Source: the human T2T-CHM13v2.0 reference genome, Homo sapiens
Direction: 5' to 3' (one strand)
Length of the DNA: 64,000 bases
Assembly: GCF_009914755.1 (NCBI RefSeq)
Contig: NC_060936.1
Below are positions 1 through 15,410 of the stretch, in pieces (within the stretch, counting starts at the first letter, position 1; each line of letters begins with the position of its first letter). Made by a program: the position numbers and the translations under genes. The notes under the pieces were generated by a model. The model ran no database searches. It had not been told where the DNA came from and saw only the letters and a program-made list of their open reading frames with translations.

Positions 1-1076
1 AGGACAGACGTGGCAGGATGGAGAAGGGCAGGCCTGAAGGCCGCTGGCCCGGTCAGCTGGGCTTGAACTAGGTGGAGGGAGCGAGGGCAGTTGTCTGAAC
101 TAAGGCAGGAGCAGTGGGAAGGGCAGTGAGGTGAACATGAGGTTGAAATGACAGGTTCTGGTCTTTGGCTAGATGGGGCCGGATGAGGGCAGAAGTCTCC
201 CAGGTTTCTGGCTTCAGTGGCTGGTGTAAGTGTTGGTGGAGCTGAACACAAGGGTGGAGGAGCGATCTCGGGAGAAAGATTATGAGTCATTGACAAATAT
301 GGGGCGTCTCCCCAGACCCCACTATTTCATTTCCCACTGCACCCTCTTATCTAGATCCTTGGTATTTTTCACTGGTTTTGAGACAGTGCCTTCCTGTTGG
401 GTCTTGTAAGGTCCAGTCTCTCTTCTTGTTGGAAGAGCCTGTGAATTCTTTCACTGCATGTTTATGAATAGCCTTCCCGGGCCAGGCACTGTGATGAGTT
501 CCTTCTCCCATACAGCTCATGGCCTGGTACAGGGGGAGAAGGTGAAGGAAGAGATAGATGGTGAGGCTGATGGTTGTAGTCCAATATGCAGTGTGGTCTC
601 ATAAGTGAAGAACAGGCTGCAAGGAGAACATTCCAGGACAGGCCTGCGATCTGGACTTCAGTGTTGAGGTGGTTTCCTAAAGAAATTGTCTGGGCTCAGC
701 TGGATGTGCAAGGGCTCCTGAGTGACAGGCTGTGGAGAGGGGCTTCTCTGGGGCTGGAAGGAGCCAGTGCAGTGCCCGACCCTGTGGCATAGAACGTGAG
801 AAGTGGGCAGCCTCTGCTTGAGAGGATGCCGAGGGTGGTCAGCAAGGATAACTAACGGTGGCAGGGCCTGACGGGGTCAGCTTGCACCAAGTTGGGTGGA
901 GAACGAGTAGCTCCAGGCCTCCCACAGTGGACAGATCCTCAGGCCTGGAGGGGTGTCCTCCTGAAGGAGCATTCCCAGTCTCTGACGAATGAGGCCTGGG
1001 TCTCTGGCTGGAGTTGGAGTGGGTCTGTGTCTGGAGGGGGCACTTGGGCTCTGGAAAGAGGCTACAAACTCTAGAC

Positions 1077-1263
1077 TAGGCTGGGCAAACTATGGCCAGC
1101 TCCTGTTTTATCAGAATGCACCTTTATATTCTCCTTCATGTATGTATTGTCCATGGTTGCTTTAGTGAGTTGAGTGGTTGCAACAGAGATCACATGGCCT
1201 GCAAAGCTTCAAACATTTCCTAACTGGCTTTTTATGGAAAAGGTTTCCCAAGCCCTGCTCTAA
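1077..1263. mobile_element. MER58A-like hAT DNA transposon fossil
   Basis: ggcaaactatggcc...gcaacagaga...tggcctgcaaagc...ccctgctcta. Confidence 0.65.
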
Positions 1264-1394
1264 ACTGGCAGGCAACTTTCTCAGAGATAGTTCAGGCCTA
1301 GTCTCCATGTGTGGACAAGATGAGCCCATACCGTGAAGCTGGATCTCCCAAAACGCACATCTGTCTCAGGTCTTATAAAGCTGTGAATCATTAA

Positions 1395-1700
1395 GTGTGT
1401 GAACATACATGTGGTCATGTGTGAATATGCATGTGGTCACCTGAGCACACATATGGTCGTATATTAACATGCATGTGGTCACATGTGAATGTGCATATGG
1501 TGGCATGTAAGATGCACATGGTCATGTGAACATGCATATGGCTGTGTGAATATACATATGGTCCTGTGAACATACATATAGTTGTGTGTGAACATGCACG
1601 TGGTTATGTGTGAACATGCATATGGTTGTGGGAACATAGATATGGTCATGTGAGAACATGCATGTGGTTTGTTTGACGCATGTGGTCATGTGATGTGAGC
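1395..1700. repeat. Degenerate ~20-bp minisatellite (tgtgaacatgcatgtggtca)
   Basis: Roughly 14 diverged units read directly. Confidence 0.8.
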
Positions 1701-2904
1701 TTGAGGTGCACCGTCAGGCTGGGATGGGCCTTCCCAGGGTGGACTCAGCCCCTTGCTGCAAGAGACCACTTCCTGAATCCTGGTCCTAAGCCTGTGAGCC
1801 TTTGCTCGGCACCAAGAAGCAACTCTGTTGATACCGACTGAGATTCAGATGCCTGAACCTGACCTTCTACACACGTGGCCCTAGTGGATCATTCCAGCCT
1901 CAGTTTCCACGTCTCCCCAAATGCCTGCTAAATGTGTCAGCCAAACCTGACTACTTCCCATTCTGCACACATACCTTCTCCACCTTGGTGGCCGAATCCT
2001 TTGGAGCCCACCTCTCACATTCAGCTCCCGGTTCTTGGTTATTTGGGCTCCTGTCTCGTGTGCTCTATCAGGTTCTAGGCTTTGCAGGAGTGAGTTCTGT
2101 CTCCACTCGTTTCTATGTGCCTCGTAGGACTGGCTCTTGGGAGGGTCTTCATGGTGACTGAGGCCATGGATCCTTAGCCCTGTAGCTTGAATTCACTTGG
2201 CACTCAAACACTCATCCTGAAATGATGCTCTGAAAGTGATGCTTCCAGTCAGTTAAGGATCCACTGTATTATGGATCTCCAGCACCCAATGCCTGGCACA
2301 TAAGAAATGAATGAAAAGTAGTGAATGATCTCAAGTATGTCTACAAGGCGAGAGGAAAGTGATCCTATTCACCAGACATGCTAGGGAGGCATTTGGCGCT
2401 GTTGGCTCTGCTGTTGCACAATAGGCCTGGGACTCTGAAGGCTGGCACTTCCTCATCCTAAACCTCAAATTTTAATGAATTACCTCCAAGTGGGCAAAGG
2501 TCCATGGGCCAGGGTTCTTGGTGTAAATAACCCACCTCTTTTGGGTGTGGTTAATGGACAGGGACTATACAAAACTAAAAACAATGTTTGAATGCTGACT
2601 TCCTGTCAGCCATGGTGATGAAGCACTCTGTATACATGACCTTATTCAATGCTCACTACAAACCCATGAAGCAGATTTTTAGAAAAACTTTCCATTTGGA
2701 GCATTTTAAACAAGAGGATAGTGTAATGAGCTTTCACCTCCTTATCAGCAGATTTAAATATTTGTTAACTCATGGCCCATCTTGTTTCCTGTATACTCCC
2801 ACCCACTTATCCCCCTCTCTTGTTGTTTTAAAGCAAATCCCGGACATTATGTAATTTCATCTGTGAATATCTTAGTATGTATCTGTAAAAGAAAGGGACT
2901 AATT

Positions 2905-3520
<616 letters not shown>

Positions 3521-4012
3521 AAGAACTCTTTTAAAAAAAAAACAAAATTGCAATACCATTATCATACCAACCATCGCACACTACTATTCTTTAATACTAC
3601 CAACTACCCTACTGTCTCCAAATTTCCAGTAATTTCATTTTTTTGTTAGTTTGTTTGAATCAAAATCCAAATAAAGTCTCTCCTTATGATTGTTTGATTT
3701 GCCTGTTAGTATTTCTGGATCTATAGGTTTCTCCTTTCATCAATTGTTTCTCCTTTGCAATTTATTTATTGAAGAAACAAGACTGTTTCCCTGTATTTCA
3801 GATCTTGCTAAATGTATCCTCATTATGGCGTTTCTCATAGTTTGGATTTTGCTAATTGTATCCTTGTGGTGTTTAACTTGGTCTTCACTTTGTTCTCTCT
3901 ATTTACTATAAATTAGTGGTACGATCTAAAAACTTGGTCAGAGGCAGGTTGGATTTGTGGGGCAGGGTAAAAATACTTTGCTAGGTTCTTCCATCAGGAG
4001 GTGTGTACTGTC

Positions 4013-4016
<4 letters not shown>

Positions 4017-4099
<83 letters not shown>
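4017..4099. repeat. (AT)n microsatellite fused to poly-T
   Basis: About 28 AT units followed by about 27 T. Confidence 0.97.
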
Positions 4100-4334
4100 G
4101 GTGATGTTGCCAGCCACTGATTGATTATGGATTGAACAATGGTGGTATTGTGATATCATTCCTGCTCATTTTTGAGCTGTCATACTTCTATAAAGAGATA
4201 CTGCTACCCTGAGAACAGCCTTGTAGAAGAAAAAAATAAAATGAAAAAGTAAATATAAAAAGAGATACTTCTCTTTATAAATTATTGTGTTACTCAGTTG
4301 TACAATTTATATAGAAAAGGCCAGGTAGTTGCTT

Positions 4335-4632
4335 TATTTATTTGTTTAGATAGGGTCTCTCTCACTCTGTCACCCACGTTGGTGTGCAGTGATGCAATCA
4401 CAGCTAACCACACCCTCAACCTTCCTGGCTCAAGGGGTCCTCCCACCTTTGCCTCCCAAGTAGCTGGGACCACAGACACACAGCATCAGGCATGGCTCAT
4501 TTTAAAAATGTTTTTTAGAGACGGTGGTCTCCCTATGTTGCCCAGGCTGGTCTCGAACTCCTATGCTCAAGTGATCTTTCTGTCTCTGCTTTCCAAAGTG
4601 CTGAGATTACAGTCCTGAGCCACCCTGCCTGG
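4335..4632 (-). mobile_element. Alu (old, J-like)
   Basis: Diverged Alu consensus. Confidence 0.85.
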
Positions 4633-5822
4633 CTCACTCTTATTTTTAATAAAGAATCATTATGAATGCAGAGATTTAAACATATTTGATGTAGTTTAGT
4701 CCATTGCAATTATTATACTTATTGATATACAAAATGATCTATCTTTGGTCAAGAAGGAGTTCCTTCAGATTGGCTCTTGAAGCATATTGATATCATCCTA
4801 ATGATCTTTGATAGATTCCTTGCTATCTAGAGTGACAATATGTTCCAGTCTTGTCTTAAGCATTTCTAGCCCAGACCTGGAATCATCAATTTCTCTAAGA
4901 AGCCTTGGTTTCCTTTAGTGGGTAAGGGTATTTGAGGACCACAATCTTGGTGCTAAGGGTCGATGTTACAGTTTTAAAAGTTTTTTTTTTAATTGACAGC
5001 TTTAATTGAGGTAGAATTTACCTACTAAAATTCACCCCTTTTAAGTGTACAATTCAGTGATTTTTAATATATTTAGTCTATTTACAGAATTGTGCAACCA
5101 TCACTAAAATCTACTTTTGAAACATTCCATCATCCCAGAAAGAAAAGTTGTGCCTATCAGAGTCACTCTTCATTCTCATCCCCAGTCCTAGGCAACCACT
5201 AATCTATATCAGGCAATTCTGGACATTTCATATAAATTGAATCAGTCAGTGTGTGTTATTCTGCATCTGGCTTCTTTCACAAAGCATTGTGTTGTTGAGG
5301 TTAATCAATGTGGTAGCGTGCATCAGAATTTTCCTTTTATTGCCGAATAGTATTCCGTTATACACCACACTTTTTTTTTTTTAAAATCTCTTCACCGGAT
5401 GATGGGCATTTGTGTTGTCTCTGCCTTTTGGTTCTTGTGAATGGTGCTGCCATGAACATTCACATACAAGTCAGTGTGTGGGCATAGACTTTCATTTTCC
5501 CTGGACAGGTACACAGAAGTGAAGTTGCTGGGTTTAAGGCAATTCATCTAACATTTTGAGAAACTGTCATACTGTTTTCCCAAAAAATAGCTGCACTATT
5601 TTACATTCCCACCAGCAATCTATGTGGGTTTTGATTTTTCCACATCCTCTCCAGCACTTGATATTATTTTTCTGATTGGTTATAGTCCTTCTAGCAGGTG
5701 TGAAGTGACTTCTCATTGTGAATTGAATTGCATTTTCTTAGCAATTAATGACATTGAGCAGTTTTTAATGTGCTTTTTGGACTTTAATACATCTTTTTTG
5801 GATGGTTCTTTGCCCATTTTAA

Positions 5823-6157
<335 letters not shown>

Positions 6158-6528
6158 TAAGAGTTCTGGATATGTCACTTACTAGAGATATGATTTATAA
6201 ATATTTTCTCCCATTCTGTGGGTTGGGAGAAACCTTTCTTGTGTCTTTTGATGTGCCAGGGTTTTTAATTTGGCTGATGTCCAATTTGCCATTTTTTCCT
6301 TTTCTCACTTGTGGTTTTGGTGTTGTATCTAAGGCATCAATTGCCTAACACAAGATCACAAAGATTTACTTCTATGTTTTCTTCTAAGAGTTTTATAGTT
6401 TTAGTCCTTGCATTTAGGTATATGACTCATTTTAAGTTAATTTTTGTGTGTGGTGGTAGTTAGGGACTCAATGTTTTTGCACATGGATATCCCATTGTCC
6501 CACCACCGTTTGTTGAAACAACTATTCC

Positions 6529-7380
6529 TGGCTGGGTGTAGTGGCTCACACCCGTAATCCCAGTATTTCGGAAGCTGAGGTAGGAGGATCACTTGAGTCC
6601 AGGAGTTTGAGACCAGCCTGGGCTACATAGTGAGATACTCATCTCTTAAAAACCAAAAAATAAAGGAAGAAAAAGAAAAGACTATTTCTTTCCAAATGAT
6701 TTTTCTTGGTACCTTTGTCAAATCAATTGATTGTAAATGTAAGGGTTTATTTCTGGGCTATCAATTTTTTAAATTAGTTAATTAATTTTTTGGAGGCAGT
6801 GTCTTACTATGTTGCCCAGACTGGTTTTGAACTCCTGAGCTCAAGTCATCCTCCCCTCTCAGCCTCCCAAGTAGCTGGGACTACAGGTGTGTGCCACCAT
6901 GCCCAGCTAATTTTTAGTTTTATTTTTGTAGACATAGGGTCTTGTTATGTTGCCCAGGCTGATCTCAACTCCTGGCTCCAAGGGATTCTCCCTCATTGGC
7001 CCCCCAAAGTATTGGGATATGAGGTGTTAGCCACCATCCTTGGCTTTTTATTTACTTATTTTTTTTCTTTACTCACACGATCTCTCTCTCTGTTGCCTGA
7101 CCTGGAGTGTGGTAGCCAATCATAGCTCACTGAAGGCTAAAATTCCTAGGCTCAGGTGATCCTACCATCTCAACTTCCTGAGTAGCTAGGATTACAGGTG
7201 TGCACCGCCATGCCTGGCTAATGAAAAGCAAAATTTTTAAATTGATTTTGGTACATTGATACAAAAAAATGTTTTGTATGTAGACACAGGTCTCACTGTG
7301 TTGCCTAGGCTAGTCTTGAGCTCCAGGCCTCAAGGGATCCCCTTGTCTCGGTCTCCCAAAGTGCTGAGATTACAGGTGAG
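6529..7380. mobile_element. Alu cluster: a sense monomer (6529-6680) and two antisense Alus (~6785-7045, ~7060-7380)
   Basis: Alu consensus blocks. Confidence 0.8.
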
Positions 7381-8785
7381 AGTACTTGCCTGAGCTTTCA
7401 ATTACATTCCATCGACCTATACATCTGTCCTTATGCTGGTACCATACTCTTGATTACTTTGTAAGTTTTGAAGTTAGGATGGTAAGTCCTCCCACCTTGT
7501 TCTTTGTCAGGATTGTTTTGCTTATTCCGTGTCCTTTGCATTTCCATGTGAATTTTAGGATTCATTTGCCAATTTCTGCAGAAAAGGCAGCTGGGATTTT
7601 GGCAGGAATTGGGTTGAACCTGTAGACCAATTTTGAGAGTGTTGATATCTTAGTAACATTTAGTTTTCAGATCTATGAACAAGTAACATCTTTCATTTCT
7701 TTAGGTCTTCTTTAATTTCTTTCAACAATGTTTTGAAGTTCTTAGTGTACAAGTTTTCCTGTTGTTAAATTTATTTCTAAGTATTTTATTCTTTTGGATG
7801 CTATTGTGAATGGAATAATTTTCTTAATTTCATTCTTGGACTGTTCATTGCTAGTGTATAGAAATACAATTGATTTTTCTATGCCGATTTTGTGAACTTG
7901 CTGAACTAGTTCTAGGGTTTTTTTTTTAGGGGATTCCTTAGGATTTTCTGTATACAAGATCATGTCATTTGTGAGTAAGACAGTTTTACTTCTTTTCTAG
8001 TCTGGATTCTGTTGTATATGGATCGCCTAATTGCCTGGGCCAAAACCTCATTACAAAACTGAATAGACCTGCTGAACATGGCCATCCTTGTCTTATTCCC
8101 AATCTTAGGGGGAAAGCATTCAGCCTTGCACCATTAAATGTGTTAACTGTAAGGTTTTCACAGATGCTTTGTATTATGTTGATGAAGTTCCTTCCTGTTT
8201 CTAGTTTGTTGAGAATTTTTTTTTTTCCATGCGTGGGTAGATAATTTTACTCTCATTTACAGAAAAGGAAATGGTTATTCAAGCAGCCTGCCTCCAGACC
8301 AAGCCCTGGATTATGGTGCTCTCTACAGCACTCTCTTCCATTTAATTTTTCCTCTGCGCCTCCTCTAAATTCTCTTTCAGCTCACTGGGGAATGTTGGTG
8401 TTCTCCAGGATTCTCAGCACTTTGCTTGGGTGCTTCTCTGCTGAAGTGGGAGAATGGATTCAGCCATCACCTGCAAGCTGATGACTCCACATTCCCTGTC
8501 TTCTGCTCTGAGCTCCGGTGAATCCTCATGCTCCCAAGACTTTTCCACTTGGATACAGTCAGGAAATCTCAAACCCATCCTGTCCCAGAATGCCCCGTTA
8601 TCCCTCTCCACTCAAGTGGTCTTCTCTGCCTCTATTTTCAACATTGTATGCTTCTGCCATTTGTCCTGTTCCAGCCTGAAACCTGGGCGTGATCCAGCAC
8701 TTTTCCCTTTCCTTGACCCCTCCTCTCACCTTTTCTAATCAGTGGCCAAGTCTGACATATTTTTTCTCCTCACCTCCACTGCTAC

Positions 8786-9452
8786 TGATACAGGAGGTAA
8801 AGAAATTATTTAGGCCGATAGTGAGGGGAACAGAGTCCTTGGCAGAGCTTCCCTTCTAACAAAAAGCAGCCCAACAAATTTTTTTTCTAACAAAGAGCAG
8901 CCTGAAAAATTGAGCTGCAAACGTAGATAAGCAAGCTGGAAGCTTGCACGGGGGAATGCTGGCAGCTGTGCCAATAGAAAAGGGCTACCTGGGGGCCGGG
9001 CATGTCCAACATAGAGGGCCCATCTTCCCTTTTCTGTCACCACGTGTGCAGTAATAGAGAAATGGGCAACATGGCGCGGCTCAGGCAGAGAACCCACCTG
9101 CATAATACAAGATTAGGGAGGGGGCGACTAGAATTTCTCACCCTATGCAAACGACACACCTGGTCTAAGCAGTTTTTCATGCCCTGTGCAAATGGCATGC
9201 TTGGTCTGACTAGTCTTTCATGTCCTATGTAAATCAGACACCACCTCCTCACCAGCTCATCTATAAAACCCTCTGCATTTGGCCGTGGACTGGCAATCCA
9301 TTTCTCTGTGACCCCTCTCTGCAGCAGAGAGCTTTTCTTCTGCCTGTTGAACTTCCACTCTTAACCTCACTCTTTGTGAGTCCGCATCCTTGTTCTCCAT
9401 GGCTGTGAGACCACAAACTTCAGGTGATACTCCAGACAATGAGGCCGTTTCA
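8786..9452 (+). mobile_element. Solo ERV1 LTR, MER50-like
   Basis: TG...CA termini (tgatacaggagg...gaggccgtttca), internal TATAAAA. Confidence 0.75.
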
Positions 9453-10461
9453 TTATTGCCTTGCTCCTGCCTCCAGTCTCATTCCCCTCAAATTCACCCT
9501 CCACTTTACCAACAGAGCAATTTCTCTGAATTACAGATCCTCTCATCCTTAGCCCTTTAGTGGTTCCCTATTCCCATAGCACAGCAATTAAGGCCTTTCC
9601 TCATCTGTTCATTTCATACACTAGGAACTTCCACTAAAGATTGAAGTCACTGAATGCACTTTCTGATGCCAATTTTAATAGCCTCATGCTGCTTTCATCA
9701 TTTGATGTTAGAAACAGTGTTAACCAGAAACAATGTTACCCACTTGACTCTGCTTTCTTCTGCATGTCGTGTTTTCTCTGTGTCAATGCTTCTTGTGTAC
9801 TCTGTTGTCTTTTTAAAATATTAAACTTATTTCAATAGAGACAGGGGTCTCACTATGTTGCCCAGGTTGGTCTCGAACTCCTGGGCTCAAGTGTTCCCCT
9901 CAGCTCGACCTCCCAAAGTGGTGAGCTTACAGGCACAAGCCACCACTCCTGGCCCTGTTGTCTTTTTTTGAAAAGTTCTTTCTCCTCCCATGCCATTCCC
10001 TCTATTCCTTTACATCCTGAAAAGCCCTACTCAGTAGGCCCTCTTCTTTGAACCTCCTCCTAGCTGGTGCATAATTATGCCCTCCTCTGTATTATTTCAG
10101 AACATTGTGTATGCCTATAATATCACATATGTTATCCTATGTTATAAGTATTTGTCATGTTTTTCTCTAGATTTATACTAGACTTATCTTAAATACTCTC
10201 ATAATTGCCAGCATATAGAAAATGCCTAAAGAATATTTGTTGAATCCACCTGAATTAGGATTTGTCTATAAGCCTCTTTGCTTTTAATAAACAATTTTCT
10301 AATTTGTCAGACAGTTTAAATGCATTTTGAAGAGAACATACTTAAAAAAATAACATTTTAAATGTGACAATGTAACATATGCTTATTTTAGACTATACAG
10401 AACATATTGAAAAGCCCTTCGAAGAACAGAAAAATGATTTTTAAATGTACAATCTGGGTAC

Positions 10462-10838
10462 TGTTAGTCCAAACTGCACTGTTTTGTAAGCCCCCTGCCG
10501 TTTCACAGACCTTGGCAGAGCAAAACATTCCATGGGGGTTCCACCGTGAGAAATGTCCTGCCCCACCACCTGACCACAAGGCACAGGAATGTCCTTATCA
10601 TACCCTGCCGAGCAAAGGCCCAACTGAAGGAACATCTTTGTCAAGCAGCAAACCACGCCACCCAGACCCTGCCCGCCCATACCTATAAGTACCCTAGCCT
10701 GTAAGCGGTGGTGGGCTCTGGCGTTAAGCTGGTCCCCCACCTCAGCAGGTCGCTCTGGCAATAAACTTGTGTTGCTGTCGAGCTGCCAGCTCTTCCTGTG
10801 TCTTTTTTTAACCTTCGCCTTCCCTTCAAAAACTAACA
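10462..10838 (+). mobile_element. Solo ERV1 LTR, MER61-like
   Basis: Inverted termini TGTTAG...CTAACA, TATAA box and AATAAA; family uncertain. Confidence 0.7.
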
Positions 10839-11039
10839 GATATGTTACCATTTTGATGTATTTCCTTTCAGTTTTATCTGTGCATTCATATGTGAGTGTA
10901 TGTACACATACATATGTGTATAGTTGTATGTATATATGTAGTATACACATAAGTGTATAATCTGGATATATCCAACTCCGTTATCCATATCATTGGCTAT
11001 GTCTACAACAATAGTATAGATACTTTTTGTAACCTGTCT

Positions 11040-11330
11040 TTTTTTGTTGTTAATTATTGTGGATACATATCAGTTGTACCTATTTATTGGGTACATGTGA
11101 TATTTTGATGCAAGCATACAAAATGTAATAATCAAACCAGAGTACTTGGGATGCCCATCACCTGAAGCATTGATCATTTCTTTGTATTAGGAACATTCCA
11201 ATTCCACTCTTTCAGTTATTTTGAAATATACAATAAATTATTAAGTACAATCACCCTATTGTGCTACTGAACACTAGGTCATAATCCTTCTAACTGTATT
11301 TTTATACCCATTATCCATTTCCTTGTCTTT
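11040..11330 (-). mobile_element. L1MA 3' end fragment
   Basis: gggtacatgtgatattttgat...ttgaaatatacaataaatt. Confidence 0.7.
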
Positions 11331-12384
11331 TTTAACTTAATGTAGTGTGAGCATTTCCCCATCATCAAATATCATTTTATAAAATTATTTTAAATAACTG
11401 CATTTATAAAATAGCCACATTTTATAAAATTATTTTAAATAACCTCACTCGTGAATACTGGGGTAGCTGGGGATAAATTTTTAGGCTCATTGTTATTGTC
11501 CCTGAAAACGTGGAAGTTATTATTCCATTGTCTCATCTACTGCTGCTGATGATTTAGGCTCATTGTTATTTTCCCTCAAAACGTGGAAATTATTATTCCA
11601 TTGTCTCATCTACTGTTGCTGATGAGATGTCTGCTGTTGGCTTGGCAATCTTTTCTTTGCAGCAAATCTTTCTTTTTTTCTTTTAACCTTTTGGTGTTTC
11701 CTCATTTTTTAAATTTTTTCTTTTATCCCAATGTGTCTAGGGGTTTATCTACTATCTAATAAATAAATATGTATTTTTAATCCTGTAAAAGACTTGATGT
11801 GCCTTTTCAACCCAAGGGTTATCTTTTTTAATTCTGAAAAATTCTCAGCCATTGTCACTTCAATGATTACCTCTTGCCCAACTACTCAATTTTTTTTTAA
11901 TTCCCCTTAAGCACATATTGGAGTAAAACTCTATTTTACTTTGCTCATCTTTCTACATATCTGTGCTGTAAATTGGTCACTCTGTCTTCCAATTCACTCA
12001 TTCACTCTTCAGCTGTGCCTAGTCTGCTGTGAAACCTATCTAGAGAGTTGTTTAAATCAATCTCTGTTTTTCTGTTTTGGACCCATTAACAAAAATACAG
12101 CTCCATGTTTCTTTTATGTAAAATGCTGTATTTACCTTAAAGTTCTTCTTTTAACTTAATTCTTTTCGATAGTTTAACACACATAAGTTTATGAAACAAT
12201 ACGTACACCTCAATGACTTGTCACAAAGGAGTATCTATGTCATCATCATCTAGGTTAGAAAAACAAAAAAGGACACTGCCAGCACTCCAGAATCCACCAT
12301 TGCGATGCTCCCTAGTCTCTATTCCCTCCCAAGGTGAGGATTAACCTGACGTTTATTATATAAAAATCACTTGGTTGATTTTCT

Positions 12385-15300
12385 TTAAAGTTTTTATTTT
12401 GAAATGATTGTAGATTCACAGAGAGTCACAAAAGTAGTAGACAGAGTCCCTTGGATGCTTTACCCGGCTTTCCCTAACAGAACAGCTATCTTACAGAACA
12501 GCAGGACACCATCAAAACCAGGGCATGGGCATTGTCTGACTATTGTTAGACTACAGACCTTATGCAGTTTTCACAGTGTTTGCATGCACTCCTTTGTGTG
12601 TGTGTGTTCTATGCAAGGTGATCTCATGTGTAGTATCCTGTAACCACTTGCACCAACTGTCCTTGCCAAAGAACTGTTTCATCACTGAGAGGAATTCACT
12701 TGTGCTACCTCTTTTTAGTCACATCCTCGTACCTTGTCCCTGTCTCCTGGCAACCACCAATCTGTCCTCCATCTCTATAGTTTTGTTAGTTGGAGTGGAA
12801 CAGGAATTAAAAGAAATTAAAGAATGTGTAAGCAAAAACTCAGTTGTATGTAAGAAAACCCAATTCCCCCTGAGGAAGAGAAAGAGCTGGAGTCCTTTAA
12901 AAATTAACTGCCTGTTTTTCTGTGGCTAGTGAGCCTTATCTCTCCCTTTCCCAGGCATTATGAAGACCCTGTTTCTCTAGCTGTGCAGCTCCAAGGTCAC
13001 TAGACAGATAAACTCAAGTTGTAAAATATGTTTTTCCTTGAAAAGTAAGAAATAATGTAATGCAAGTCTCAATTGAATAACTGTCTTTGTTTCTCGCTTC
13101 TGTAATATGCTTCCCCCTGCACAAATCTTCCCCCACCCATGAAATGCTTAAAAGGTAACTTGACTCTTTGTTCGGGGCTCAGTCCTTTGGATGTTAATCT
13201 GACTGGGCCAATGCACCTAAATAATAATAATAAATCCTCCTCAACCCCTCGGTCTCTCTGATTCCTAAATTATCCCACAACAGGAGAATGTTTTATACAT
13301 GGAAGCTTGTAAGTGTAAAACCTTTTAGAAGATTGGCTTTTTTCATAAGAGGAAGTTTTTTCTTTCGTCAACAAAAGCCAAAAGCCAATCTTCAACAAAA
13401 GATTGGCTTTTTTTCACCAAGTTTCACGCTCTAACAAAACCTCCAAGTTTTTGCCTGTATCAATAATTTCTTGCTTTTTATTCCTGGGTAGTAGTCTCTT
13501 ATATGGATATGGTAGAATTTGTTGAGTCTTTCACCATTGAAAGATATTTGGGTGGTTTCCAGTTTGAGGCTATTTTGAATAAAACTTTTAAGAACATTGA
13601 TGTACAGGTTTTTGTGAACCTGCTTTCATTCTTCAGGTTAAATCCTGAAGAGTGAAATTGCTGAGTCACATAGGACATGTACCTTTGGTTTTATAAGAAA
13701 CTGCCAAACTCTTTTCCAGAGTGGCTATACCTTGTTCAAGTGATGCCAGTGATGTGTGAGTTGTCTGGTTTCTAAGCAATCTTGCCAGGATTTGGTGTCA
13801 TCATTGAGCTTATCCTTTCTAACAGACATAGCGATACTTCATTGTTTTAATTTGCATTTCTCTAATGGTTACTGATGCTGATCATATTCACTTGTGCTTA
13901 TTTGCTGTTCATGTTCTTTCTTTGACAAAATGTCTTTTCATGTCTTTTGCCCACTTTTACACCGGATTGTTTTTTTAAAAAAAATGTGTTGAATTTTGAA
14001 GGTTCTTCATAGATTCTACATACAAGTCCTTTGTCAGCTATATGGTTTGCAGGTGTTTTCACTCAGCCTGTAGCATGTCTTTTCATCCTCTTAATAAGAT
14101 CCTTCACAGAGCAAAAGTCCTACATATTGAGGAAGTTCATTTTGTCAGTATTTTCTTCTACAAATTGTTATATTGGTGTCATGTCTAACAACTTAGTCTT
14201 GAATATTTCTCCTATGGTTTCTTCTAAAAGTTTCATAGTGTTACATTTTTTATTTAAATCTGTGCTCCGTTTGAATTAATGTTTATATAAAGGTAGGAGC
14301 TTTAGGTTGAGGTTCAATTTTTTGCTTATGAAAGTTCAATTGTTTCAGTAGCATTTGTTGAAAGATTCTCCTTTCTCTATTGAGTTGTCTTTGCAGCTTT
14401 GTTAGAAATCAATTTTCCATGTCAGTGTGGATCTATTCCTGGATACAGTCTGTCCCATTGATCTCTGTGTCTATCCCTTTGCTGGAATCACACTGTCTTG
14501 ATTACTTCAGCATTGGAGCAGAACTTTAAAATTGTGTAGCATCGCTTTTCTGACATCATTCTTTTTTCTACCTTTTAATCTTTACATGTCTTTTAAAATC
14601 AGATTACCTGATATACAACATATCCTATGGTGGGATTTCGATGGAGTTGTATTAAAAGTATAGATCAATTTGGGAAGAATTGAAGTCTTTATTAAGTATT
14701 TCTACCCATGGATCCATGTATTTCTTCATTGATTTAGGTCTTCTGTGATTTTGTTTACAGCATTTTGTACATTTTCAGCATACAGATCTTATATAGACTC
14801 AATCATTTCATTTTTTCAGAGATAGTACAAATGCAATTATTTTAAAATGTTGATTTTCTGTTAGTTATTGTTAGTATATACAAATTAAATTGAGTTTTGT
14901 ATTTTGAACTTGTGCTACTTCTGGAATGTGTGTGTGTGTGTGTGTGTGTGTGTTTGTGCACGTGTTTATGTAGTCCTTGGAATACACCATAACCAAGTGG
15001 GTTCTTCCTGGGAATGCAAGACTGCTTCAATACTTGAAGATCAGTCAATGTAATCTGCCATAGTAATAATCTAACAAGAAAATCAACATGATCACATCAA
15101 TTGATATAGAAAAAAAATTTACAGAATTCAACATATTTTCCTATTACAGATTTTCTGCAAACTAGGAATAGAAGCAAGCTTCTTAACCTGATGTATCGCA
15201 CCTTCAAAAAGCCTACAGCAAACATCTTACTTAGTGATGAAAAACTGATTGCCTTCCCCATAAGATTGAGAACCAGGCAAGGATGTTTACTCTCATCACT

Positions 15301-15410
15301 CCTATCCAACATGGTACTGGAAGTCCTAGCCAATACAATAAGGGAAGAAAATGACACAAAATAAAGGTAGTAAGATTAGAAAGAAAGAAATTGTCTCTAT
15401 TCACAAACAA
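12385..15410 (-). mobile_element. Old L1 with LTR insertion and an inverted 5' segment (14985-15410 on +)
   Basis: T-rich antisense L1 up to ~14980, then sense ORF2 (HH.QVG..PGMQ..FN to KLSLF). Confidence 0.8.
12796..13282 (+). mobile_element. Solo ERV1 LTR (LTR15-like) inserted in an L1
   Basis: TG...CA termini, AATAAA, perfect 4-bp GGAG target-site duplication at 12792-12795 and 13283-13286. Confidence 0.8.
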
